A stretch of 18,217 bases of DNA, from contig CBFIBM010000018.1 of the NCBI GenBank assembly GCA_965660855.1, positions 1 to 18,217 on the forward strand, written 5' to 3'. The position numbers were made by a program, and so were the translations under genes. The notes under the pieces were generated by a model, which saw nothing but the letters and a program-made list of their open reading frames with translations, made no database searches and was not told where the DNA came from. The stretch comes from an uncultured bacterium. GTDB taxonomy: Bacteria; Fidelibacterota; Marinisomatia; Marinisomatales; UBA1611. Below are positions 7,371-15,510 of this stretch, piece by piece. How positions within the stretch are numbered: position 1 is the stretch's first letter; each line of letters begins with the position of its first letter.

Positions 7371-8071
7371 TGAATCAATTAGGTGATATTATCGCAATTG
7401 GAGGTGGTGGATTTGGTAGAAATGCTAATCATAATATAATTGAAAAATATATTTTATCACAGTCAGACAAGAAAAAACCAAACATTCTATTTATTCCAAC
7501 AGCAAGTGCCGAGGATAAATCGTATATAGTGAATTTTTATTCATGTTTTTCCAAATTGAACTGTGTTCCAAGCCATCTAACTTTTTTTCAAAGAACGCCC
7601 AGGCTAGATAGCTTAATAAGTAAAGCGGATATTATTTATGTTGGAGGTGGTAATACCAAAAGTATGCTATCCGTTTGGAGGGAATGGAAGCTTGATAAAC
7701 TTCTTTCAAAAGCTTATAAAAATGGGAAAATCTTATCAGGTGTCAGTGCTGGGGCAATATGTTGGTTTGAACAAGGCATTACGGATTCATGGGCAAGTAA
7801 TTTAAATGCAATGGAATGCTTAAATTTTGTAAATGGGATGGCTTGCCCTCATTACCAAGAAGAAAAAGATCGAAGACCAAGTGTTCATCAATTACTAAAA
7901 AATGGAAAAGCAATATCGGGATATGCAATTGATGGTGGAGCAGCAGTCCATTTTAAAAAAGGTGAATATTTTAAATCATTACAATTTTATCCTGATTCAT
8001 TTGTTTATAAAGTCTCTTGTAATAATGGGATAGTAAAAGAAAGAAAGTTCGAAGTCGAAATACTCCAATAG
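7370..8071 (+). CDS. pepE: Peptidase E-like (family S51, class I glutamine amidotransferase fold)
   Basis: IIAIGGGG, LFIPTAS, ADIIYVGGGNT, nucleophile elbow GVSAGAI, CPHY; TAATG overlap with the upstream gene. Confidence 0.88.
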   Translation: MNQLGDIIAIGGGGFGRNANHNIIEKYILSQSDKKKPNILFIPTASAEDKSYIVNFYSCFSKLNCVPSHLTFFQRTPRLDSLISKADIIYVGGGNTKSMLSVWREWKLDKLLSKAYKNGKILSGVSAGAICWFEQGITDSWASNLNAMECLNFVNGMACPHYQEEKDRRPSVHQLLKNGKAISGYAIDGGAAVHFKKGEYFKSLQFYPDSFVYKVSCNNGIVKERKFEVEILQ

Positions 8072-8139
8072 GCAATTCCCTTTAAGATATAAACATTTTA
8101 CCTGCTTTGATAACCAGTTAGTTATTATTATGATAAATT

Positions 8140-8155
8140 AGTCAACAATGAAACT
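8140..8155. promoter_or_regulatory. Putative MarR operator 1 (degenerate)
   Basis: AGTCAA-CAAT-GAAACT within TTAGT-N10-ACTAA; matches the AGTTnC-N4-GnAACT pattern of the other two sites. Confidence 0.55.
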
Positions 8156-8185
8156 AAGATCAAATTTTTTGATTAAAAATGAGAT

Positions 8186-8210
8186 AAAAAACGCTCAAAT
8201 CGTTTTTTTT
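8186..8210 (+). terminator. Weak terminator-like inverted repeat downstream of pepE
   Basis: AAAAAACG-CTCAAAT-CGTTTTTTTT; only two GC pairs. Confidence 0.3.
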
Positions 8211-8226
8211 AGTTACAAATGAAACT
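8211..8226. promoter_or_regulatory. Putative MarR operator 2
   Basis: AGTTAC-AAAT-GAAACT, near-palindrome 4 nt upstream of operator 3. Confidence 0.65.
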
Positions 8227-8230
8227 TTTC

Positions 8231-8246
8231 AGTTGCATCAGCAACT
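8231..8246. promoter_or_regulatory. Putative MarR operator 3 (perfect palindromic arms, overlaps -35)
   Basis: AGTTGC-ATCA-GCAACT directly upstream of a marR-family gene. Confidence 0.75.
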
Positions 8247-8261
8247 ATTTATTTTTAATCT
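8233..8261 (+). promoter_or_regulatory. Putative sigma70 promoter of the marR-RND operon
   Basis: TTGCAT (8233-8238) N17 TAATCT (8256-8261), 45 nt before ATG 8307. Confidence 0.6.
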
Positions 8262-8306
8262 TTCAGCCAGTAATAAATAGCTATTTAAATATATTAAATA
8301 TTAAAA

Positions 8307-8762
8307 ATGAAAGAAGAATCAATACGAATTGGAAGTAAGCGCCATCTATTGTTGGGTAAAGCTTACAAGGCGACTATATGTAGATTCTTAGCAAATATAG
8401 AAAAGTTAGGGCTAGATATAAATTTTGATCAGTGGATGATACTTGGTCCAATTTGGCAATTAAATGGTGCTTCCCATAAAGAATTAGGTGAAATCTCAAC
8501 TAAAGATAAAACCACAGTAACACGCACAATTGATTCATTAGAGAATAAAAACTTAGTAGTCAGAGTTTCCGATCAGATTGACAAAAGAATAAAACGTGTT
8601 GTTTTGACTAACAAAGGTAAAAAATTATTTTATGACATTTTACCAATAATGGACAAGACTCGCATGGAAATGAGAAAAAATATATCAGAAGAAGATTTAA
8701 AAGTTTTTGAAAATGTTTTGACACAATTAATCGCAAATAATGAAAATTTGAGTAATTCATGA
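8307..8762 (+). CDS. MarR family transcriptional regulator
   Basis: QWMIL...SHKELG...DKTTVTRTIDSLENKNLVVRVSDQIDKRIKRVVLTNKG winged-helix signature (DxR wing); 151 aa. Confidence 0.95.
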   Translation: MKEESIRIGSKRHLLLGKAYKATICRFLANIEKLGLDINFDQWMILGPIWQLNGASHKELGEISTKDKTTVTRTIDSLENKNLVVRVSDQIDKRIKRVVLTNKGKKLFYDILPIMDKTRMEMRKNISEEDLKVFENVLTQLIANNENLSNS

Positions 8763-8787
8763 ATTTTGAATTAAGAAAAATAATTTT

Positions 8788-10245
8788 ATGATCATTAAAA
8801 TTTTTACATCGTTCTCTTTAATTGCAATGATTTTAAGTGGCTGCCTAAGTAAGCCAGAGATTAAAATAGAAGATTTAGATGTTATGGTTCCTGAATCTTG
8901 GACGACCTCTTTGCCTGATACTGAAGAACTTGTTGGAGATTGGTGGATCATATTTAAAGATTCACTGCTTACTAGATATCTCCGTGATTTTAATGAAAAT
9001 AGTCCAGATGTTATGACATTAATACAAAACCAGAAGGTTGCACAAAATAATGCTAAAATTAAATCTTCTTCAATTTTTCCACAAATTAACTTTACCTCTA
9101 GAGTAGATACAAATGTACAGAACCTATCAGGTTTTGGATTTACATCAACTTTATTTTCACAAGATTCAAATTCATCTCAAGATAATTTTGATAATGATGA
9201 GGTGTTATCTTTTGGAAATACCAGTGCGGGTATCGGACTTAATTTGCAATGGGAGGTTGATATTTGGGGTAGGCTGCTTAATGCGCGAAAAGCTGCCTAC
9301 AAAAACTATGATGCAATGCTTCATGATTTAGCATATTTACGTTTTTCTACTGAAATTAGAGCAGCACAACTTTATTTCAGAGGTATAGAGTCCGCTGCTC
9401 AATACAAGTTATCCCAAGAATCCTATGAAAGTTTAGTGACTATCAGAGATTTAGTTAAGGACAGATATGATAAGGGATTACGATCTAGTTTAGATTATAG
9501 ATTGGCTGAAACTTCAGTATCTACTGCTATTGTATCAATGGAAAACAGAAAAACTCAGCTAAGAACAATAAATAGAGATCTTGAAATATTAATTGGTGAA
9601 TATCCTGAGGGTAAGCTCATTAAAAATAACCAAATACCAAAATTTATGCCTGGAATATCCAAAAGTTTTCCTGCATCATTAATACAAAAAAGACCCGATA
9701 TTAAGAGTTTAATTTATAAATTAGAATCTCAAAACTATAAAGTTGCAGAGTCTAAAAGGAACCTACTCCCTGGCCTATATCTAAACAGTAACGTTGGTAC
9801 TTCAGCTCAATCAATAAAAGACATTATAGATAGAGATTACGGTATTTGGAATGTTGGCTTTAATGTTACAGCTCCTATATTTAATGGGAATAAGCTTAGG
9901 TCAGCATTAGAAATTGAAAAAGCCCTATATGAAAAATCAAAACAAGAGCTTGTAAAAGGTATTTTAAGAGCTTTTTCAGAGGTGGAGCAACGACTAGAGA
10001 TGACAGAATCTTTAGAAATCCAATTTAATGCTCTCAAAAGTGCGGTTAATCAGTCGCAAGATGCCTATGATTTATCTAAGGAGCGCTATGATAGTGGTAT
10101 AACTTCCTTAGAGTCCGTTCTAAATAGTCAAAGACAATTAAATAACATCAAATCTCAATATATAACAATTCAAAGGGCAGTAATCGATAATAGATTATCC
10201 CTTATCCTTGCTCTTGGTGGTGACGTTATTAATTTTAAAAATTAA
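8788..10245 (+). CDS. RND efflux outer membrane factor lipoprotein (OprM/NodT/TolC family)
   Basis: Lipobox LSGC, DWW..FKD..L, WEVDIWGRL, PASLIQKRPDI, APIFNG, RAFSEVE, RYDSG, LILALGG. Confidence 0.95.
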   Translation: MIIKIFTSFSLIAMILSGCLSKPEIKIEDLDVMVPESWTTSLPDTEELVGDWWIIFKDSLLTRYLRDFNENSPDVMTLIQNQKVAQNNAKIKSSSIFPQINFTSRVDTNVQNLSGFGFTSTLFSQDSNSSQDNFDNDEVLSFGNTSAGIGLNLQWEVDIWGRLLNARKAAYKNYDAMLHDLAYLRFSTEIRAAQLYFRGIESAAQYKLSQESYESLVTIRDLVKDRYDKGLRSSLDYRLAETSVSTAIVSMENRKTQLRTINRDLEILIGEYPEGKLIKNNQIPKFMPGISKSFPASLIQKRPDIKSLIYKLESQNYKVAESKRNLLPGLYLNSNVGTSAQSIKDIIDRDYGIWNVGFNVTAPIFNGNKLRSALEIEKALYEKSKQELVKGILRAFSEVEQRLEMTESLEIQFNALKSAVNQSQDAYDLSKERYDSGITSLESVLNSQRQLNNIKSQYITIQRAVIDNRLSLILALGGDVINFKN

Positions 10246-10268
10246 AAAAAGATAAAAGTGGTATAAAA

Positions 10269-11381
10269 ATGAAAAAGTATAGTGGCATAATTTTCTTAAC
10301 AATATGTATAATTTTAGCAATTGTTTTTACTCTAAATAAACCAATTGCGGTTGCGAAAGAAGAGGCAGTAAAAATACCTTTTGTTGAATCAATGATGTTG
10401 ATACCCCAAAATACTAGAGCCTCTATTTCTTCGCAAGGAATTATCTCACCATCCGCGTCAATAACCCTCATATCAGAGCTAGGTTCAAAAGTGGAATGGA
10501 TATCTTTAAAAATGCAAACAGGGTCTAGTTTTTTAAAAGGAGATACGCTAATAATACTTGACAAAAGAGATTATGAACTTGCATTAATTACAGCTGAGTC
10601 TAATGTTCTAAATGCGAAAGTAAATTTAGAAAGAGAAAAAGCAGAGTCTGATTTAGCAACTAAAGAATGGAAAAGAGTAGGAGCTGGTTCAGGATCTGAT
10701 TTAGCATTAAGAAAGCCTCAGTTAGCCAAAGCAAATGCTACCTTTGCTGCCTCTGAAGCGAATCTTGAGCGAGCACAAAGAAACCTGAAACGAACCGTTT
10801 TTATTGCTCCATTTGATGGCCGTGTTAAGTTAAAAAATATTGATGTTGGTGCTACTGTATTTCCGGGGACTATATTGGGAACTATTTATAAATCAAAAGC
10901 ATTTGAAGTAAGGCTTCCAATTGCAGATCAAGATGTTCCTTTCACTGGTTTAAGTTTCAATGGTCAAAAAATTAAAAGTTTTAAACAATTGGATGTTCAG
11001 TTTACCCAAGGGGAAAATATTTTCGATGGGAAAATTATTCGCGCTGAGGCCGAAGTTGACCCTTTAACACGAATGTTGTCTGTGGTGGCACAGATAAATA
11101 ATGATGTTACTAATAATATCGTTGTTGGTCAATTTGTTCAAGCTATTATATATGGTAATGAGATTAGTGATGTAACAATTTTACCTAGAGCTTCAGTTAG
11201 GAATGAATCTATTTGGGTCATTGATAAAGATCTCAAATTATTTAATAGGCCTGTTGAAATTGTAAGATTTGAAAGTGAATTTGCTCTTGTTGGTGAGGGA
11301 CTTGAGGAGGGTGATCGTTTATTAACTTCTAGGCTATCCAGTTTGGTAAATGGTCTGCAAGTAACATTTGAGCTGAATTGA
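10269..11381 (+). CDS. RND efflux periplasmic adaptor (membrane fusion protein)
   Basis: N-terminal TM anchor, lipoyl halves (FLKGDTL...LDKRDY; IAPFDGRV), alpha-hairpin, VDPLTRML, GQFV, GLEEGDRL. Confidence 0.95.
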   Translation: MKKYSGIIFLTICIILAIVFTLNKPIAVAKEEAVKIPFVESMMLIPQNTRASISSQGIISPSASITLISELGSKVEWISLKMQTGSSFLKGDTLIILDKRDYELALITAESNVLNAKVNLEREKAESDLATKEWKRVGAGSGSDLALRKPQLAKANATFAASEANLERAQRNLKRTVFIAPFDGRVKLKNIDVGATVFPGTILGTIYKSKAFEVRLPIADQDVPFTGLSFNGQKIKSFKQLDVQFTQGENIFDGKIIRAEAEVDPLTRMLSVVAQINNDVTNNIVVGQFVQAIIYGNEISDVTILPRASVRNESIWVIDKDLKLFNRPVEIVRFESEFALVGEGLEEGDRLLTSRLSSLVNGLQVTFELN

Positions 11382-11386
11382 TAATT

Positions 11387-14300
11387 ATGGAAAGAGTAAT
11401 CCGTTGGTTTGTAGGGAGTAAAGTTGCAGCTAATCTGTCAATGATTTTGATAATAGTGTCTGGTTTGATAACCATACCATTATTGAAAATGGAAGTCTTT
11501 CCAAATATTGAAATTGATATAATTAATGTCACTGCTGTATATCCTGGAGCAAGTCCAACCGATGTAGAAGATGCCATTTGTATAAAAATAGAAGAGCGTC
11601 TTCAAGGCCTTGATGGAATAAAAGAAATATCATCTACTGCGTCGGAAAATATTGGTAGTGTTAGTGTTTCAATATTACCTGGACAGGACGTTAATGAAAT
11701 GTTAGATCGAATCAAAGCAGAGGTAGATGCAATAGACACATTTCCTGAGGACGTTGAAAGACCTACCGCTCGTCAATTTATAGGTACAAGTCCAGTGTTA
11801 ACCGTAGCAGTTGATGGAAAAGTAAATGAAATAACTCTTAGTGATATTACAGAAGAAATCAAAGATGAATTAGATGCATTGAGCGAGGTCACTCTCACTT
11901 CATTTGTTGCAAAAAAAGATAAAGAAATAGCCATTGAGATTAGTGAAAATGCTCTGAGAAAATATAATCTTACTTTTAATCAAATTTCGTCTGCTATTCA
12001 AAATTGGTCTTTAAATATTCCAAGTGGTAGTATAAAAAACTCCAATGGTGAAATATTAATAAGGTCAAATAGTTTAGGTTATACAATTGATGATTTTGCT
12101 AAAATTCCAATCATTATTGACCCCAGTGGTGCAATTGTTTATCTAGGTGAACTAAGTATTATTAAAGATCAATTTTTAGATGGTTACGAGTTAGATATTC
12201 TTTTTAATAGTCAAAAATCAAACTTAATTACTGTTTATAGGGTTGGCGATCAAAATGCGATTAAAATCTCAGACCAGGTTAAAAAATATGTATTAGATAA
12301 AAGAGAACAATTACCAGATGGAATTAATATTACCTCTTGGGATGATGAAGCTAGGTTGCTCAGGGGGCGAATAAGTACAATGGTCAAAAATGCTCAGCAA
12401 GGACTCTTATTAGTAATTATAGTTTTAGCCTTATTTTTAAAACCAAAATTGGCTTTTTGGGTATCGCTTGGAATTCCAATATCTTTTATGGGCGGATTTT
12501 GGTTAATGCCATTATTGGGGTTATCTATAAATATGCTTTCATTATTTACGTTTATATTAGTACTTGGTATTGTTGTGGACGATGCAGTTGTTGTTGGTGA
12601 AAATATAGCATTGTTTAAAGAAAGAGGTATGAATTCTAAAGAAGCCGCAATTAAAGGTGCCTCGCAAGTTTCAAAACCTGTATTTTTTGCTGTTTTAACA
12701 ACAATGGCAACATTCTCTCCAATGTTAGCAGTAGATGGTGAAATTGGAGCGATTTGGAGAATCTTCCCTCTTATTACAATAGCCGTTCTTTTCTGGTCTT
12801 TATTTGAAAGTTTAACGATACTTCCTGCACACTTAGCCCATAGTAAAGATTCGATAACTAAGAATAAGTTTTTAATGAAGATTTCTTCAAAGTGGGAAAA
12901 ATTTCAGTTAAAGATTATTGGTGGATTGAACTTTACTGTTAAAAATTTCTATAAACCACTTTTAGAAAAAGCAGTAAATAGGCCATTTTCATTTTTGTGT
13001 TATGCTGCAGGTATTTTTATACTAACAATTGGTATAATTGCAGGTGGAGTAATAAAATTTTCTTTTTTCCCAGCAGTTGAAGCAGACCTTGCAATTGCCG
13101 CAATGGAGTATCCTTCAGGAACGCCATTAGAGGTTACAAGAGTGGGTTATATGGAACTTGAAAAATCTGCCCGAAAGCTAGAAGAAAATTTGAATAAGGA
13201 CTTTCCAGGTATGAATATTATACAAAATAGATTATCTACAATAGGATGGCAACCGATGCGAACGAAGACATCTCAGGGTCCTGGAAATTTAGATGCATTA
13301 TACGCTGGCTCAAATGTAGCAGAAGTAGCATTTGAATTAACACCTGGTGAGGACCGAAGCATAAGTACCGAAGAAGTCGTTCGAAGGTGGAGAAAAATAA
13401 TGCCAAAAGTCCCAGGTGTAAAAGATCTAAATTTTTTCTCAAGTTTATTCTCCGCTGGTGATCCAGTAAACATTCAGCTATCTAGTAAATATATGGATGA
13501 TTTATTATCTGCAAAAGACGATTTAAAATCAAAGTTAGTCAAATTTCCAGGAGTCTTTGATGTAAAGGACAATTATAATGTAGGTAAAGAAGAAATAAAT
13601 ATATCGCTACTACCTTCAGCAGCAAATTATGGCGTAACTATGATGCTGGTTGCTTCACAGGTTAGACAAGCTTTTTATGGACAAGAAATTCAAAGTATTC
13701 AAAGGGGAAGAGATGAAGTTAAAATAATGCTTCGATATCCAGAGAAGGAGAGGAGCTCTATCTCTAATTTAGAGGAAATGATGATAAGGACTCCGCAAGG
13801 ATCTACAATTCCAATTCGTCAGGTTGCTAAATTAGACCTCAAAGAAGGTTTAGCATCAATCCAAAGAAAAGATAGAAAGCGTGCCATAAATATAACAGCA
13901 GATGTTGATTTAACTGAAACAACCGGGAATGAAGTTATTGCATCAGTAACGGCGAATATTCTTCCAGAAATTCTTAAAAAATATGATTCTATATCGTATA
14001 GTTTGGAGGGGGAACAGCAAGAACAGAGTGATAATTTAAAGTCAATTGGTAAAAACTTTCTTCTAGCAATGATTGTTGTATATATATTACTCGCCATTCC
14101 ATTTAATTCTTACTTTCAACCGTTAGTAGTTATGTCTTCTATTCCTTTTGGCTTAACCGGAGCAGTCATTGGACACTTGATACTAGGACTAAATTTTTCA
14201 GTTTTATCAATGATGGGTATAGTTGCACTCACTGGAGTTGTAGTTAATGATAGCTTAGTAATGGTTGATTTCATTAATAGATATCGTTCTGAGGGAAATA

Positions 14301-14542
14301 CTATCAAGCAAGCTGTTCTTGAAGCTGGTCCTAGAAGATTCAGACCTATATTTTTAACATCATTAACGACATTTGTTGGACTTATTCCATTACTTCTTGA
14401 GAAAAGCGCTCAAGCACAATTTATGATTCCAATGGCAGTTTCACTAGCTTTTGGTGTGGTTTTTGCAACTGTTATAACATTAATGTTAGTTCCTGTATCT
14501 TATCTAATTTTAGAAAAATATATATTAAAAACTGAGGTATAA
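11387..14542 (+). CDS. RND efflux transporter permease (AcrB/AcrD/AcrF family)
   Basis: ~1050 aa, 12-TM pattern, YPGASP.DVE, TM4 LGIVVDDAVVVGENI, RRFRPIFLTSLTT, PMAVSLAFG. ATG 11387 preferred to TTG 11378. Confidence 0.97.
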   Translation: MERVIRWFVGSKVAANLSMILIIVSGLITIPLLKMEVFPNIEIDIINVTAVYPGASPTDVEDAICIKIEERLQGLDGIKEISSTASENIGSVSVSILPGQDVNEMLDRIKAEVDAIDTFPEDVERPTARQFIGTSPVLTVAVDGKVNEITLSDITEEIKDELDALSEVTLTSFVAKKDKEIAIEISENALRKYNLTFNQISSAIQNWSLNIPSGSIKNSNGEILIRSNSLGYTIDDFAKIPIIIDPSGAIVYLGELSIIKDQFLDGYELDILFNSQKSNLITVYRVGDQNAIKISDQVKKYVLDKREQLPDGINITSWDDEARLLRGRISTMVKNAQQGLLLVIIVLALFLKPKLAFWVSLGIPISFMGGFWLMPLLGLSINMLSLFTFILVLGIVVDDAVVVGENIALFKERGMNSKEAAIKGASQVSKPVFFAVLTTMATFSPMLAVDGEIGAIWRIFPLITIAVLFWSLFESLTILPAHLAHSKDSITKNKFLMKISSKWEKFQLKIIGGLNFTVKNFYKPLLEKAVNRPFSFLCYAAGIFILTIGIIAGGVIKFSFFPAVEADLAIAAMEYPSGTPLEVTRVGYMELEKSARKLEENLNKDFPGMNIIQNRLSTIGWQPMRTKTSQGPGNLDALYAGSNVAEVAFELTPGEDRSISTEEVVRRWRKIMPKVPGVKDLNFFSSLFSAGDPVNIQLSSKYMDDLLSAKDDLKSKLVKFPGVFDVKDNYNVGKEEINISLLPSAANYGVTMMLVASQVRQAFYGQEIQSIQRGRDEVKIMLRYPEKERSSISNLEEMMIRTPQGSTIPIRQVAKLDLKEGLASIQRKDRKRAINITADVDLTETTGNEVIASVTANILPEILKKYDSISYSLEGEQQEQSDNLKSIGKNFLLAMIVVYILLAIPFNSYFQPLVVMSSIPFGLTGAVIGHLILGLNFSVLSMMGIVALTGVVVNDSLVMVDFINRYRSEGNTIKQAVLEAGPRRFRPIFLTSLTTFVGLIPLLLEKSAQAQFMIPMAVSLAFGVVFATVITLMLVPVSYLILEKYILKTEV

Positions 14543-14544
14543 AA

Positions 14545-15507
14545 ATGAAAGTAGCTTTAATTGGAGGAACCGGATATGTGGGTTCCTATATAATTGATGA
14601 GTTAGTCGAACACAAAATAACTCCACGTGTTTTAGTTCGTAGTGGCTCAGAATCTAAGGTCATGCAACCAGATAAATGTCAGATTATAATAGGTGATGTA
14701 GAAGATGAGAGATCTCTAAAAGAGGTTTTAGCCGGATGTGATGCTGTAATCTACCTTATTGCATTAATTCGTGAGTTTCCTGCAAAAAATATTACAAATG
14801 AACGATATCAATTTAGAGGATCTGAACGAGTTTCAAAAATAGCATACGATGTGGGGGTCAAAAGATTCATATTAATGAGTGCTCTAGGTGCTAACCCAAA
14901 CCCCTCTTCCTCTAACTATATGAATTCAAAATACCTTTCCGAACAGGCTATAAAAAATACCAAACTCGATTGGACGATTATCAGACCCTCCTCTTTATTC
15001 GGTGATCCTCGAGGAGAAGGGAGGCCAGAATTCTGTATGATGTTAGATAAATTAATGCTGAATTTGTTACCATTTCCAAAATTTTTACCGTTTCCTGCTC
15101 CTTCTTTTTTTCAAGGTCTAAACCCCTTACAAGCAGGAGAGTATTCTCTTTCAATGGTTCATGCTAAGGATGTAGCAAGTATTTTTGTAAAGTGTTTGAA
15201 TGATGAAGAGACTATTGGTTCTACTTTAGAAATAGGTGGAGAAAAAGAGGTCTCTTGGAATGAAATTGTAACCTCTATAGCAAAAACTACCGGACAGAAA
15301 ATTGTAATGGTCCCAGCACCTTTTGCAGTTGTTGCCACAATTGCGGGTTTGTTAGATCGATTTTCTTGGTTCCCTGCAGGAAAAGAACAGTTAGAGGATT
15401 TGGTAAAAGGGAATGTTTGTAACTCAGATAAAATTTTCAAAAAATATGAAATAAATCGTATTCCATTTAATCTAGAAAATTTATCTTATTTGAAAAGTGA
15501 GGGATAG
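14545..15507 (+). CDS. NAD(P)-binding atypical SDR oxidoreductase, NDUFA9-like / epimerase-dehydratase family
   Basis: GGTGYVG Rossmann motif, LVRSG (NADP preference), MSALGA, YMNSK (YxxxK), WTIIRPSSLFG, VHAKDVA. Confidence 0.88.
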   Translation: MKVALIGGTGYVGSYIIDELVEHKITPRVLVRSGSESKVMQPDKCQIIIGDVEDERSLKEVLAGCDAVIYLIALIREFPAKNITNERYQFRGSERVSKIAYDVGVKRFILMSALGANPNPSSSNYMNSKYLSEQAIKNTKLDWTIIRPSSLFGDPRGEGRPEFCMMLDKLMLNLLPFPKFLPFPAPSFFQGLNPLQAGEYSLSMVHAKDVASIFVKCLNDEETIGSTLEIGGEKEVSWNEIVTSIAKTTGQKIVMVPAPFAVVATIAGLLDRFSWFPAGKEQLEDLVKGNVCNSDKIFKKYEINRIPFNLENLSYLKSEG

Positions 15508-15510
15508 TAG

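Noticed and set aside
8100..8250. Repeated 16-mers as a possible mini-CRISPR or IS ends
   Set aside because: Too short, degenerate and irregularly spaced, with no cas or transposase genes; better explained as operators.
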